Positions 1 through 30,371 are shown, numbered from the stretch's first letter. The stretch: DNA of 64,000 nucleotides from the human T2T-CHM13v2.0 reference genome, Homo sapiens (GCF_009914755.1 NC_060946.1); one strand, 5' to 3'. A program made the numbers and translations. Notes: a model not told the origin generated them from the letters alone.

Positions 1-92
1 GGTTGTGGTGAGCCGAGATCACGCCATTGCACTCCAGCCTGGGCAACAAGAACAAAACTCCATCTCAGGAAAAAAAAAAAAAAAAAAAAAAA

Positions 93-500
<408 letters not shown>

Positions 501-674
501 GCCAGGCTCAGTGACTCACACCTATAATCCCAGCACTTTGGGAAGCTGAGGGGGGTGGAACACCTGAGGTCAGGAGTTTGAGACCAGCCTGGCCAACATG
601 GTGAAACCCCATCTCTACTAAAAATAAAAAATTAGCTGGGCATGGTGGTGGGCACTTGTAATCTCAGTTACTCA

Positions 675-812
<138 letters not shown>

Positions 813-1061
813 TTACGCCTGTAATCGCAGAACTTCGGAAGGCCGAGGCAGGTGAATCACCTGAGGTCAGGAGTTAAGACCAGCCTGACCAACATGGTGC
901 AACCCCATCTCTACTAAAATACAAAAATTAGCTGGGCGTGGTGGCGGGCACCTGTAGAGGCTGAGGCAGGAGAATCACTTCAACCCAGGAGACGGAGGAT
1001 GAAGTGAGCTGAGATCGCTCCACTGCACTCCAGCCTGGGTGACAGAGCCAGACTCTCTCTC

Positions 1062-1110
1062 AAAAATAAAATAAAATAAAATAAAATAAAATAAAATAAA
1101 ATAAAATAAA
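1062..1110 (+). repeat. (AAAAT)n microsatellite derived from an Alu tail
   Basis: Directly visible pentamer run. Confidence 0.95.
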
Positions 1111-1705
1111 ACAAAGACATCTCTTTTGTGTCATTTTGGTGGAATTTCGGGAGAAAGTGGAGGTGGCTGCTTCGTATCTGACCTCCATCTCTGCTGGCTG
1201 TGTGGGAGGGATTATCGTCCCATTTTACAGATGAAGAAACTGAACTCTGGAGAGATTGCCTGACCCATCCGATGTTGTGTGACTTGGCGCTGAGTCCACT
1301 TGCCTCTCCTTTCTCTCCAGTTTGCTCGGCAGGCCCTGGCTATAACTCATTGGCTGTTCAGCCCAGCAAAGCGTGCAGCCACTGTGCCTTGCTGGAGCCC
1401 CTGGGAGATATACTGAACAATGACAACAGGTATGAGGAGGCGTTTTGCAACCACCAAGTGCTGTGTGGGTGTTGACTGCTGCACAGATTCTGCCTGATAA
1501 CTGAAGCCCAGGCCTTGGGGTCACAGTGACCTGGGGTTGGATGCTGATCCAGCCCGGGGCTAAGCCTGTGACTCTCTTGAGCCTGGAAGGATGACACGGG
1601 CCCCTGCTGCATGCACTGTTGGAAGCATTACCTGAGATGATGCAAAGCACCCAGCACATATGTGACTTCCATTATTGTCTTCTTAGACGGTCCTCAGAAT
1701 TCTAG

Positions 1706-2522
<817 letters not shown>

Positions 2523-3095
2523 GCTAGGACTTTCTGGTGTGCAGCAGGGTGAGCCAGCCTGGCACTGGGCACTGTTGGACTCTGTCCTTATAAGTACCCC
2601 CAGCCCACGTGGACTGTGAGAGGGTGGGAGGGATCAGCAGAGAGCTGGCAGCCTCTGTCCTCACCCCTCCAGGCCGCTGCCTGATGGGGGTACCTCTCCC
2701 ACAGAACGGAGACCCAAGGCCTTACTCCCAATCTGTCCTAACCCCGGGAGCCCCTGAGTCCCAGTCTGTCCTAACCCTGGGACAGCCAGGGTTAGGATGC
2801 TGAAACTTGGGTTTGCCTTCCAGTTCTGCCCCTCCCGATGCAGGGACAGCAGTGGGTCAGCCTCCATGTCCATCTCAGAGCCCACAGGCTCTGTCTGTCT
2901 GCTCTGTCCCACTATTCCCTGCCCTTCATCATGACTTGATCATATGACAGGGGCATGGCCTGTTTTTGCCTCTCAGCCCCACTGACCAGGAGTTCCTGGA
3001 GGGCAGGCTGGGGTTCCATTCAAGCCCAGGACCTGGAAGATACTAGGTACTCAGTGTTTGATGAATTAATGAATGAATGAGTGAGTGAGTGAACG

Positions 3096-4530
<1,435 letters not shown>

Positions 4531-4583
4531 TGAGCCTTCTTCAAAAGTCAGCTCACATGTGGCTTTCTACCTCTAAGTGGTTT

Positions 4584-6255
<1,672 letters not shown>

Positions 6256-6946
6256 TAGTAGAGACGGGGTTTCACCCTGTTAGCCAGGGTGGTCTAGATC
6301 TCCTGACCTTGTGATCCACCCACCTCGGCTCCCAAAGTGCTGGGACTACAGGCTTGAGCCACCGCGCCCAGCCAATCCTGTTAACAGTTCCAACCCCCTT
6401 TTTGGTCTCTTAAAACAGACCAGGCTCCCCACATGAAACATTCAGGGTCTAGTCCTCACTTGAGCTTAGTTCAACCCTTGAAGCAGGTGAGCTGGCTACT
6501 GTTCCTGGTCCACAGATGAAGGGATTGGCGTTAGGGGGGTTGGGGGGTCAAGAGCTGTAATCACTGATGTGAGGCAGATTGATTCACAGCACAAAAGGCA
6601 CACAGGTTCATCAGGGGGGCATGCATGGGAGCACTCACAATGAAGACCCAACCTCCCAATGCGGTGCAGAAACTTCCAAACCACCTTGAGGTTGCAGAAA
6701 GAATGGGGGCTTAGATCCTGGTAAAATGGGAAGGGAGAAGAGAGGAATTCTGTTGTGGGGCAATAAATGACTGCCAGGGAGAAGGATTAAATGGGGAACC
6801 AATATTAACTTTTTTTTTTTTTTTTGCATATTAGTAGAGATGGAGTTTCACCATGTTGGCCAGGATGGTCTCGATCGCCTGACTTCGTGATCCGCCCACC
6901 TCAGACTCCCAAAGTGCTGGGATTATAGGCACCGAGCCCGGCCTCA

Positions 6947-7087
<141 letters not shown>

Positions 7088-7090
7088 TCA

Positions 7091-7946
<856 letters not shown>

Positions 7947-8043
7947 AAAAGAACAGCTGTTCTTGGCGGGTGAGTCCCATCTTTAGGTAGATGGGGTGGT
8001 GGGGGGAAGCTCTTCCTGCATTGCCGATCTCTCAGGGTTGTTA

Positions 8044-8287
<244 letters not shown>

Positions 8288-8321
8288 TAGCCAGGATGGT
8301 CTCGATCTCCTGACCATGTGA

Positions 8322-8783
<462 letters not shown>

Positions 8784-11024
8784 TGATCTGCCCGCCTCGG
8801 CCTCCCAAAGTGCTGGTATTACAGGCGTGAGCCAGCGCGCCCGGCCACTCAGCTAATTTTTTTATTTTTAGTAGAGACGGGGGTTTCACCATCTTGGTCA
8901 GGCTGGTCTCGAACTCCTGACCTCAGTTGATCCACCTGCCTCAGCCTCCCAAAGTGGTGAGATCAAGAGTGAGCCACGGCACCCAGCCTAAGGGTTTTTA
9001 ATTCAAATGCTCATTATAGCAGGGAGTCATATTTTGGGGTATATTTTGATTTCCTTCAGTGGGGACGTCACAACTCAGACCCTCCCCCTACCTGGCTCCT
9101 CAAGCTTGGGCAATAAGCTTTGCAGGGGGTGGGCTGATGCCAGGGAGTCCGGAAGCCGGAAAGGCAATTGGTTTATAGTGGATCAGGGTGGAGAGGGCAC
9201 ACCGGGCAGAGGGAACATCTTGTACAAAGGCCGGGGGGTAGGAGCAGCCGTGCAGGGAAAGATGGTGAGTTTGATTTTGACATGTCGTACTAAGGTGCCT
9301 TGAGCAACCTCCAGGCAGAGGGCTGGGCCAGTGACAAGGATTTAGGTGGCTGTGATTGGCCTGCGAGGCCCCCAGAGGAGGAGAGGAAGAGAAGGGGTGA
9401 GAGGCCAGGACAGAATCTTGAGGGAGAGGAGAGTATCGGGCAGCATCAGGCCCTGGCAGGGTTTAGGAAGATGATGGCTGAGTGTGTCCCTCAGGCTCGG
9501 GGACTCGTAGGTCTTTGGCCTCCTTGTGGGGGTAGTGGTGGGGGCGGTTTCAGTGGGCAGCATGGAGAGATCAGACCTCGGAAGGAGAGACAGCAGGTAT
9601 AGACCACTCTCCTGAGAAGCTCGCACGGCTTGGAGCCCAGGGTGATGGGGCCCAGGTTTTTGCTGTTTGTTTTGTTTCCAGATGTAAATATCCTTGAACA
9701 CTGAATGAATCAGGATTCTCTTAGTTGCAAATTTCAGAAATCCACTTCACATTCACTCACCCACAAAGAAGATTCACTGGCTTGTGGAATTGCCAAGATT
9801 CCAAACCGAATATTCGGACAAGCAGGAACTCCCCAAGCCTAGTGCTCCAATGCCCCCACTACTCTCTTCCTGTCCACTCCTCATCTCTGTTCTTGACAGA
9901 CTGGCTCTCCGTGGGACTGGGAAGACAAAGTTCTCTTCTGCATTTTGTTTGCAAAATCCCAACTCTGGGTTCTGATTGGTTCTCCTTGAGCCAATCAGCT
10001 GGGTGCAAGGTAGCAAAATCCCCGATCTGGACTCGGATTGGTCCCCCTGGGTCTGCTGGCCCTCGCGCTCTGGGTAGGGGCTTCTGCATGTCCCGGGTAG
10101 CGAAGTGCTGTGTGGATCAGAGCATCCTCTCTCTCCTAGGGTCCTGGGAGGACCCTGCAGGCCCAGCAGCGGCCATCCTGGGTGGCAGGAGATTGAAAAG
10201 CTGTGAGGGCTGGGGCAGGGGACATTCAGACTGGACTTGGACTGGGCTGGGGGCCTGAGCACCCTCTGTCATGGGTTCCAACCCCTACCCCCAGAGGACA
10301 GACACTTCATTCTTCAGTTTTGTCTGTGGCTTAGGGGGGTTCCAGCCCTGCCCCCAACCTGCGCCCTCTCACCTTCCCCGCCAGGGGATCAGTAGTGTGT
10401 GGGGGTGGGGAGAAAGGGCCTCTGGGGTCCCCCTAGTGATTGAATCTTCAGAGCCTGAGGCAGGAAGGCTCTGGTGGGGAGGAGGGCAGGCATTTGGAGC
10501 AGAGCCCAGGCCCAGCCCCGGGGACAGCCCATGGCGGCCCCTTTGGTCTCTCCCTCTGGGGGCCTCTATTCTTTCCATTGTTTGGCCTCTGTTTGCCCTA
10601 AAGTTACCTAGGAAATTTGCTTTGGGGTAGATTCCAGCTGTTCTCAGCTGAACCCAGAGAACACTCACTTCAGCCTGGCAGGCTGGGCCTTGGAACATCC
10701 CTGGAGGCCGGGTGGGGCCCTGGCAAGGCCTGGAGCGTGAGAGGGAAGCCAGGAAGTGGCGGGGAGGACGTGGAGAAGGAAAGAGGATGAAATATTAATA
10801 GCAATAAAGAGACACAGAGGCTGGGAGCCCTGGCTGACGCCTGTTATCCCTGCACTTTGGGAGGCCGGGCGGGAGGATCACTTAAGGCCAGAAGTTTGAG
10901 ACCAGCCTGAGCAACATAGTGAGACTTTGTCTCTAAAAAAATTAAAAAATAAAGGCCAGGCGCGGTGACTCACGCCTGTAATCCCAGCACTTTGGGAGGC
11001 CAAGGCGGGTGGATCACGAGGTCA

Positions 11025-11273
<249 letters not shown>

Positions 11274-11342
11274 TTAGACGGGCACGGTGGTGCATGCCTG
11301 TAGTCCCAGTGGGAGGATCACTTGAGCTGGGGAGGTCGAGGC

Positions 11343-12453
<1,111 letters not shown>

Positions 12454-12656
12454 TTCACGGAGCCTAATCTTGAGTCCCAGGAGTTGAGCGAGGAGAGGCA
12501 GCAAATAAAGAGCTAATGGCCGGGCATGGTCACAGCTCACGCCTGTAATACCAGCACTTTGGGAGGCTGAGGCGGGCAGATTGTCTGAGGTCAGGAGTTC
12601 GAGACCAGCCTGGCCAACATGGTGAAACCCCATCTCTACTAAAAATAAAAAAATTA

Positions 12657-12866
<210 letters not shown>

Positions 12867-13114
12867 TCAGGAGGTTGAGGCAGGAGAATCGCTTGAACCC
12901 TAGGCAACAAGAGCTAAACTGCCTCTCAAAAGAAAAAAAAAAGCTGCTGGGGGTGGTGGCTCATGCCTGTAATATCAGCACTTTGGGAGGCTGAGGCGGG
13001 CGGATCACAAGGTCAGGAGTTCGAGACCAGTCTGGCCAATATGGTGAAACCCCATCTCTACTAAAAATACAAAAATTAGCCGGGCGTGGTGGCAGGTGCC
13101 TGTATTCTCAGCTA

Positions 13115-13250
<136 letters not shown>

Positions 13251-13251
13251 C

Positions 13252-14545
<1,294 letters not shown>

Positions 14546-14787
14546 TAAAAGGAACTTCCGGGCCTGTAACCCCAGCACTTTGGGAGGCTAAGGCGGGCGG
14601 GTCACCTGAGGTCAAGGGTTCGAGACCAGAGACCAGCCTGGCCAACATGATGAAACCCCATCTCTACTAACAGTACAAAAATTAGCTGGGCCTGTAGTCT
14701 ACAATGCAAAATGGTCCCTGCTGACACTCTTCTTGTCTAGACCTCTAGGGTGTGACTCTCCTGGGCCTAGGGTTTGGCTAAGGCTGG

Positions 14788-15698
14788 TGTCATAGGACCG
14801 ACATATTTGCATGCCTGTTGCTCAGTAGCAGACCAGGACACTGAGACAGCAGGGTTTGCAGCAAAGAAAGAGTTTAATGATTGCCGAGCACAGAGCAAGG
14901 AACTGGGAGGGGACCCTCAAATCCACCTCCAGAGGAGTTCCGCGCTGGGGCTTTTACGGGGATCCTATAAAGAAGTCAAGGGGTTGGAAAACTGGAGTCA
15001 TTGATTGGTGGGGGCAGGGAGATGAATTCGTCAGGATGTGGAAATGGCTTTTTTTTTTTTTTTTTGTGAGTCAGTTCTTTGTGGGATCTTTCAGACTAGC
15101 TGGCGTCAGTAGTTTCATCCGGATGCAGGCCCTGAAAGAATATCTCAAATGCAAAAGTGAACGTTTCATGACATACAAGTGGCTGTCTACAGAGCAGTTA
15201 AGGGGTGTTAGCATCCTGCGACAGGGTCTGTGTGATTCTGAGGCCGCCACAGGCACTGCATGGCTGTGAGGCAGCTGGTCAGAGAGCAGGCTGCTCTCAG
15301 AGCTCATGCTGAGTAGCTTGCAAGCTTGGCTTGTTTCCGTTTTTCCCTCCTCTTCCCTGATTACTTTTTTTTTTTTTTTTTGAGATGGAATCTGGCTCTT
15401 GTCGCCCAGGCTGGAGTGCAGTGCCGCAATCTCAGCTCACTGCAACCTCTGCCTCTTGGTTCCAGCGATTCTCCTTCCTCAGCCTCCCGAGTAGCTGCAA
15501 TTACAGGCGCCCATCACCACACCCAGCTAATTTTTGTGTTTTTAGTAGAGACAGGGTTTTGCCATGTTGACCAGGCTGGTCTCAAACTCCTAACCTCAAG
15601 TGATTTGCCTGCCTCAGCCTCCCAAAGTGCTGGGATGACAGGTATGAGCCATTGCACCGAGCCCCTGATTAATTTTATAAATTTTATAAGGAGTTTCC
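14788..15698 (-). mobile_element. ERV1 MER4-group solo LTR (family uncertain) split by an Alu (about 15365-15664)
   Basis: GACACTGAGACAGCAGGGTTTGCAGCAAAGAAAGAGTTTAATGA is a reverse R/U5. The reverse 5' end reads ...CTTATAAAATTTATAAAATTAATCAGGG. The Alu TSD is ccctgatta. Confidence 0.6.
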
Positions 15699-16226
15699 CT
15701 GGGACCCCTATCTCCAGGGTTTGGCTATCCTGGGCTCCCCTGCAGCTACATTCCCAGGGTCCTCCCATCTGAGGCTAGGAGGGGCCTCATCCCTTCCGAG
15801 GCTTAGGTGGGGAGGCTGCCAATCCCTCCCCTCCGCCTGCACCTGCCTCTAACCCACTGCCCTCCTGCTTGCCCCAGCCTAATCCTCTGAGGGAGCCCCA
15901 GTTTCTGCCACTCCAGGGTGTGTGGGTGCTGGCCAGGGAGGCTGTGATCTGGTTGCCCGCTCTGTCTGCTTTCCCAGAGACAAGCGAGCCGAAGGCCTGG
16001 CCTCTTTGTTGGGATGGGAAAGAGAGATGCCCCCACAGCAATGAGAAGCGCTTGGTTATTATCCCAGTCGGCACCAGCTACTCCAGGCAACTGCGCTTTG
16101 CAGCCTGCAGGATGCAGGCTCAGGGACTCGAAGAGGACATTCTGTGGCCTCCCCAGTGGCACCACCCTCTCCTGGCAGCTAGGGATCCACCCTCCCCAGC
16201 CATGTAGGCCTGGTGGCTGGCTCTTA

Positions 16227-18282
<2,056 letters not shown>

Positions 18283-18678
18283 CTAATTTTCATCTTTTAA
18301 TAGAAACGGGGTTTCACCATGTTGGCCAGGCTGGTCTCGAACTCCTGAACTCAGGTGATCTGCCCGCCTAGGCCTCCCAAAGTGCTGGGATTACAGGCGC
18401 ATGACACCATGCCCAGCTAATTTTTGTATTTTTAGTAGAGTCAGTTTCACCATGTTGGCCAGGCTGGTCTCGAACCCCTGACCTCAAGTGATCCACCCGC
18501 CTCGGCTTCCCAAAGTGCTGGGATTACAGGCGTGAGCCACCGTGCCCGGCTACGCCCTGCTGATTTTTGTATTTTTAACAGAGATGGGGTTTCACCATGT
18601 TGGCCGTGCTGGTCTTGAACTCCTGACCTTGTGATCCGCCTGCCTCTGCCTCCCAAAGTGCTGGTATTACAGGCATGA

Positions 18679-18963
<285 letters not shown>

Positions 18964-19981
18964 TGAAACACAGTGCAAGGCCAGGTGACGAGGGGTGGGG
19001 GCCTGTCCCAGCCATGTCCTCAGATGGCCCTGAAACCTAGCCAGTCTGTGGGAGACCTCAGGGTGGGGGGCCGCCCTGCAGGGCCGCTGCCCCGGGATTG
19101 CCTCTGACTTCCTTTCACGCCCCTGTTCAAGCTGCCTTGACCTGTTATTTGAAATAAAGCAAAACAATCTGGAGCTAGGATGAGTTCCCAAATCAACTTA
19201 CAAGTGGTTCCCCCAGGAAAGCAGGACAAAGGACCGTGCTGCGCAGGGTGGGGTCAGCCTTTTGGGAGCTGAGAGAGGACTTAGAATTATCCCTTGAGTC
19301 ATGGACACAGGTGACAGGCATCCCCCACAGCTCTCGGATAGCACTAACAGGCCACATCTGTGCCTGGGTGCCCATGGGGAGCAGAAGGAGGGGCGGAAAG
19401 GCCAGGGCCAGGCTGGAAGGGGAAGTGAGGAGAGGGGTGGACGCCGTGAAGGCTCCCCCAACCCCGTGGTCCTCCTCCTTGACATTTCCCAAGCCCCCTC
19501 CCTGCTGTCCAGCTGGGGGGGTCAGCTAAGGCAAGTCCCCAGGAAGTGACCTGGGCAGATCCTCTGCCGGACTCCAAAGGCTGGCTCTGGAAAGGGAGCT
19601 TCCTGGCATGCGAGGGACCCATGGGAAAGAGGTATTGGGGAGAGGGCACCCCGGATCAGCTCAGCCACCTCGTTCAGTGGCAGCACCTGTCCCGAGAGGC
19701 AGACGAGGCTGTGGACTCCAACAGGCCTGGTTAGCATCTTTCAGCTGCTCATTCTTTGTGAGACTGTGGGCTGTTCAGAGCCTCAGTTTCCTCATCTGTA
19801 AACTAGGAAGAGTAATCATCCTTCCCTCCCAGGCTTGGGGTGACACACTGGTTACTGGGGGCTGTGCAGGGAGGGGGTCTCTCCCAATCCCCCTCCAGCT
19901 GTGAGGGCTGTGGTTCTGGGAACCTGCAGCCTCCTCCTGTCACCCTCCCAGGACCCAGGACAAGCTGTCTGTGTCCACTGA

Positions 19982-20897
<916 letters not shown>

Positions 20898-21186
20898 GGG
20901 ACCCTTCTGGGTGTTCGGGTAAAAGCTGGCCTCAGAAGCTGGTGATGTTTCCTCAGGAGGCTGCCCATGGTGTGGTCCTGGCGACGCACCAGCAGCACGT
21001 CACCCTCTTGACCCGGGCGTGTGCCTGGCTAGCTGAGTTTTAAGCCTCTCTCTGGTGACATTTGGCTTTGGAGAAGGTTCTTTCTCTGGCAAAGCATTTA
21101 GATGTAGCTAAAAATACATTATTGGCCAGGTGAGGTGGCTCACGCCTGTAATCCCAGCACTCTGGGAGGCCGAGGCGGGCGTATCA

Positions 21187-21431
<245 letters not shown>

Positions 21432-21699
21432 CTAAAAAAAACTAAAAATGCAAAAATTAGCCAGGCGTGGGCACCTGTAATCCCAGCTACTCGGGAGGCT
21501 GAGGCAGGAGAATCACTTGAACCTAGGAGCCAAGATCTCACCATTGGAGATCTCACTCCAGCCTGGGTGACAAGAGCAAAACTCTGTCTCAAAAAAAAAA
21601 AAATCATTGACTTGATCCTCAGCCTGGTCAAATCGAGAAGCAGCACTCATGCTGGAGGGGCCACATAGCCTGGGCTCCTGATTTGCAGGGCCATGGATA

Positions 21700-21732
21700 A
21701 ACACACACACGCGCACACACACACGCACGCAC
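21700..21732 (+). repeat. (CA)n/(CGCA) alternating purine-pyrimidine microsatellite
   Basis: acacacacacgcgcacacacacacgcacgcac. Confidence 0.9.
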
Positions 21733-22405
21733 AGCCCTTCCCTGAGCTTGGGTGCTCAGTGATAAGCAGAACAAAGTCATCAAACATTCCTCCCTCACTC
21801 CTGCTCTGCATAGGGGCTGAGAGCCAAGACATTGGTAGCTTTGTCAAAATGTCAAAATATTGCTAGTCATTGGGCTGGGCACTGTGGCTCATAGCTGTAA
21901 TCCCAGCACTTTGGACTGATGACTTTCTTTCTTTTTTTTTTTTTTTCTTTTTTTGCGATAGAGTCTTGTGCTGTTGCCCAGGCTGGAGTGCAGTGGTGCG
22001 ATCTTAACCTCCGCTTCCCGGGTTCAAGCGATCCCCCTGCCTCAGCCTTGCAAGTAGATAGGAATACAGGCGCCTGCCCCACCACCTTGGCCAGCTAATT
22101 TTTTTTTGTATTTTTAGTAGAGGCGGGGTTTCACTATGTTAACCAGGCTGGTCTCGAACTCCTGACCTCAGGTGATCCACTCGCCTCAACCTCCCAAAGT
22201 GCTGTGATTACAGGCGTGAGCCACTGCACGTGGCAAATCCCAGCACTTTGGGAAGCTGAAGCAGGAGGATTGCTTGAGCCCAGGAGTTCGAGACCGGCCT
22301 GGGCAACATAGCAAGACCCTGTCTCAAAAAAAAAAAATTTGCTGCCGGGCACGGTGGCTCACGCCTGTAATCTCAGCACTTTGGGAGGCCGAGGCGGGTG
22401 GATCA

Positions 22406-22624
<219 letters not shown>

Positions 22625-22698
22625 TCAAAAAAAAAAAAAATTTGCTAATAGAACATCATACTTTCTGAACATAATATCTGAGATGAACTCTGGGGCAC

Positions 22699-23904
<1,206 letters not shown>

Positions 23905-24299
23905 AGCAGGTTTTCCTGCCTTCTCAGCACAGTGTGACCTGTTTCTCTTTTCTTGCCAGAGGGAAGGGGACATTGAATGGTGTCTCTATAATTTGGACAT
24001 CTCTGCCTTTAGTGTAAAAATTAATCCGTTTTCTGCTGCAAATAATTATTTTTTGCTTGTTCTGGAAAAAAAAAAACCCTATGAATTTAGAGAAGACAAA
24101 GCGCCCACTTCGAAAAAGAGCTCCTGGCCGGGCACAGCGTCTCACGCCTGTAATCCCAGCATTTTGGGAGGCCAACGCAGGCTGATTATGAGGTCAGGAG
24201 TTCGAGACCAGCCTAACCAACATGGTGAAACCCCCTCTCTACTAAAAATACAAAAATTACCCGGGCGTGGTGGCACATGCCTGTAATCCCAGCTACTCA

Positions 24300-24458
<159 letters not shown>

Positions 24459-25396
24459 TCACAGCCACTGCCAGGAGCTGGGGTTAGGTGGGAGCCAGTC
24501 AGTCCCTGCTGTCCCGCCTGTCCAGTCAGGCTCCTGGCTGTCCTGCCTGCTTACTCTTTCCAGTTGCACCTGCGGATTAGCTGGCAGGGGACCCTCTCTG
24601 CATTTGCATGGCTCCCCTGCCCCTTGTTTATGTTTACAAGATCGTTCCACGTGGTGGGATCACATGACTCCTGCATGCCTCCGTGAATCACTTTGAGCCA
24701 TGTATTCTAGCTCTGAGTATTGGGAATAAAACCTAATATCGTAATAACAAGGGAAATGCAAATTTAACACATGGAGACTTTAACCGGCAAATCAGATGCA
24801 AACACCGCATCTGAGGTGAGCTGGCTGGCGCAGTCCTGGGGCTCACGCTCAGCCCCTGAGGATGTAAGGATTGTTAAGAACATGGGGCTAAGCCGGGCTC
24901 ACACCTGTAATTCCAACACTTTGGGAGGTGGGAGGATCACTTGAGGCCAGGAGATTGAGACCAGCCTGGGCAACATAATGAGACCCTGTCTCTACAAAAA
25001 AAATCTAAAAACCCGGGTGTGATGATGCTTGTCTATAGTCACAGCTACTCTGAAGGCTGAGTTGGGAGGATTACTTGAGCCCAGGAGTTCGAGGCTGCAG
25101 TGAGCCATTATCGTACCACTGCTCTCTAGCCTGGGTGACAGAGTGAGATATGTCTCTAAAAACAAAAACAAAAAATAAAAGAACATAGAGATATTTCTAT
25201 GAATCATCAGGACCACTCTGACATTGCACGTCTGGGAAATTTAGGTGACAAATGGGTTTGTGGCTCCTTCTCCATCACTGCAGACTCCTCGGAGGAGCCC
25301 TTGGTAGCAGCCAGGGACTACCCAGATCCAGCCTGGAGAAACGAGCTCTGGGGATGAGAGAAAAGATCCAGCGTGGTTTCTGTCTTCAAGGCCTTA

Positions 25397-25692
<296 letters not shown>

Positions 25693-26401
25693 TCAAAAAT
25701 AAAATAAAAGATCTTGCAAGAATACGTGAGCACCTAGAAAAGGTAGGATCCAAGGCCAGGCAGTGGTGCAGGAGGTGAGTCCGGGCACTGGCACTCATGA
25801 CTCCTCCATTCAGCAGCTGTTATCACAGACCCTCTCTGGCTGTGGACTCCTCATCTGTGAGTTGAGGATAAATATACTTTGCAGGGTGCAGAGACGCAAA
25901 GTCCCTTGGGCAGTGCGCTCCTCCCTCTGCTATTCTGCCTGTCCTGAACCCTCCCCACCCCTCCTCAAACTGCTCCCCAACTGTGGGACACCCCCAGGAG
26001 CAACCATTGTTATGTGATATCACTGCTTGGCCACTCTTAATTGGTCAGGGGGCAGGCCCTGACCAGTGCCAATCAAGAGTCCTTTCCTGGGATTTTAGTT
26101 AACCTCGAGTCAGCGCTCAGCGGCTAAGGCAGAGGGAGCTGGAAGGGTCAGCATCCCTGCTCCCCTGCTAGAAAGCCGTCTAGAGTGGAAGAGGAGGAAG
26201 GCAGGAGGCGGGGAGCGGGTGCCGTGGGTGTTAGCGGTGCTGCTTCGGGTGGTCTCTGAGGCTGCTTCCCTGCCCACCCTCGGCAATGGTTTCCCTGCGC
26301 AGCGGCGCGGAGTCTAGCAGGATCCCCATGGCAGTGTCTGCCCCCTGCCCACCTGGAGGCCGCCCTCAGCATTTCTCCCATCTTCCTTCCCACTCCCATA
26401 G

Positions 26402-26685
<284 letters not shown>

Positions 26686-27131
26686 TAGAGACGGGGTTTC
26701 TCCATGTTGGTCAGGCTGGTCTCGAACTCCCGACCTTAGGTGATCCGCCCGCCTCGGCCTCCCAAAGTGCTGGGGTTACAGACATGAGCCACTGTGCCCG
26801 GCCCCAATTTCTTCTTTTCTTACATACTCTAAGCTCCCCTGCTCCACCCCCTCATCCACACCGGACCACTGGTCTCAAACTCATGGCCTCAAGAGGTCCT
26901 CCTACCTAAGCCTCCCAAAGTGTTGGGATTACTGGCGTGAGCCACCATGCCAGGGTTCAATGTCTCCTCTTTTTTTCCAAAAAAAAATTTTTTTTTGTGA
27001 CTCTGTCACCCAGGCTGGGGTGCAATGGCGTGATCTCAGCTCCCTGCAACCTCCGCCTCCTGGGTTCAAGTGATTCTCCTACCGTAGCCTCCTGAGTAGC
27101 TGGGATTACAGGCACGCGCCATCATGCCTAG

Positions 27132-27278
<147 letters not shown>

Positions 27279-27387
27279 TAAGTTTTTTTCTTCCCCTCCA
27301 AACTCAGGTTAAAATTGTCTCCTCTTTCAGTGTGGAGGAATCTAGCTTCACAAAATCACAAAACCATGGGCCGGGCGCAGTGGCTCA

Positions 27388-27712
<325 letters not shown>

Positions 27713-28486
27713 CTATTCCCCTGACACCCAACACTGGGGGAATTTGGGAGGCCTCACCCAGAGGGGCTGTGCAGTGTTCCTGGGGACACTGGGACCTTCT
27801 CTGATCTGAGGCCCAGCCCTGCTCCCAATGACTAGGGCCGTAGCTTTTGGCTGAGCCTGGCTTGGGAAGGCCCGTGGCCGGAGGGGACTGCCCGCACCCC
27901 TGGGGCTGAGGTGTTTACTTCTGTTGGGGTCAAATGCAGTTGGAGTCAGTCCCACTCGTGTCTTGGACCCCACATCGTGGCTGCCTGGGCCCTCGTTCGG
28001 GCCAAACTCCTGGTTCCTGAAAGGTGAGAAGGTTGGTGTTTTTGCTGAGGATTTTGTTTCCGATGAGAGGAGGCCTCTTAGGGAATGCCCTGCCTCATCA
28101 TGAATGGAACAGGGTGGTGCCCTCACCTCAGACCTCGGAGGCCGTTTCTGCCTCTGAATGAATCTTCTGAAAGCCAGGGCCTGTGAGGGCTCGCCAGGTG
28201 GCTCCTGGGTGGCCCGCTGTGGCCAAAGCCTCTCTGTCGGAAAGGATGCAGGTGCGCGGCCTCAAACACTGGTCCAGCTGTCTCTGAGATGTTGATGGGT
28301 GGGGACCAGCCTCTAGGCCTGAGCCTGCTCAGTGCCACCCAAGGCCACCTCAGCCACACCCCGATAATGCAGTTTTGTCCTCAGGGACAGCTGACTGCCT
28401 CTCACTTTCTTTTCTTGTATTAGCATCATCAGCAAGGGAAGCTGAGGAGTGGGGAGGCTGCTGGGCCTCCACAGTTTCCTGGAGAG

Positions 28487-28524
28487 GCTGCTCCCCCAGC
28501 TGCTCCCCCAGCTGCTCCCCCAGC
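28487..28524 (+). repeat. 12-bp tandem repeat x3 (GCTGCTCCCCCA)
   Basis: Directly visible; two CAGCTG E-boxes form at the unit junctions. Confidence 0.9.
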
Positions 28525-29117
28525 CACCTCCTGCCCGGCCCAGTTCTCCCCCAGTCACGCTGTGGGGCTTGGTGCAGAAGTTTCTCTGGTCTGAGAGAAG
28601 TCCGTGAATCCCAGTGACTCTCCTGGCACCCGTGTGGCCCTTGCAGGGGCTGCTGGGCAATGGGCCCCAGGGACAGAGACTTTGTGACTTTGAGTCCCCA
28701 TAGATGCCAGACCCCCAGGCTTCCTTATTTTATTATTATTTTTTTTGTCTGAGATGGAGTCCTGGAGTCTCTCTCTGTCACCCAGGCTGGAGTGAAGGGG
28801 TGCAATCTCGGCTCACTGCAGCCTTCGCCTCCAAAGTTCAAGCGATTCTTGTGCCTCAGCCTCTGAGTAGCTGGGATTACAGGTGCGTGCCACCACGCTT
28901 GGCTAATTTTTTGGTATTTTTAGTAGAGACGAGGTTTCACCATCTTGGCCAGGTGCCTTAAGCCTGTAATCCCAGCACTTTGGGAGGCCGAGGCAGGAGG
29001 ATCACCTGAGGTCAGGAGTTCGAGACCAGCCTGGCCAACACGGCAAAATCTTGTCTCTGCTAAAAATATGAAAATTAGCCAGGCATTGTGGCATGCACCT
29101 ATAATCCCAGCTACTCA

Positions 29118-29894
<777 letters not shown>

Positions 29895-29969
29895 ATAATA
29901 ATTTTTAGTCAACCACGCTAGTGGAAAGGCTGAATTATTGTTCTATTCTCTCAGTGGAAAATGATATTA

Positions 29970-30371
<402 letters not shown>

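Noticed and set aside
9960-10045. Opposed CCAAT boxes (CTGATTGG...CCAATCAG) as a bidirectional promoter
   Set aside because: Looks like the usual internal motif of old MLT1 MaLR LTR remnants; no CpG island or adjacent exon.
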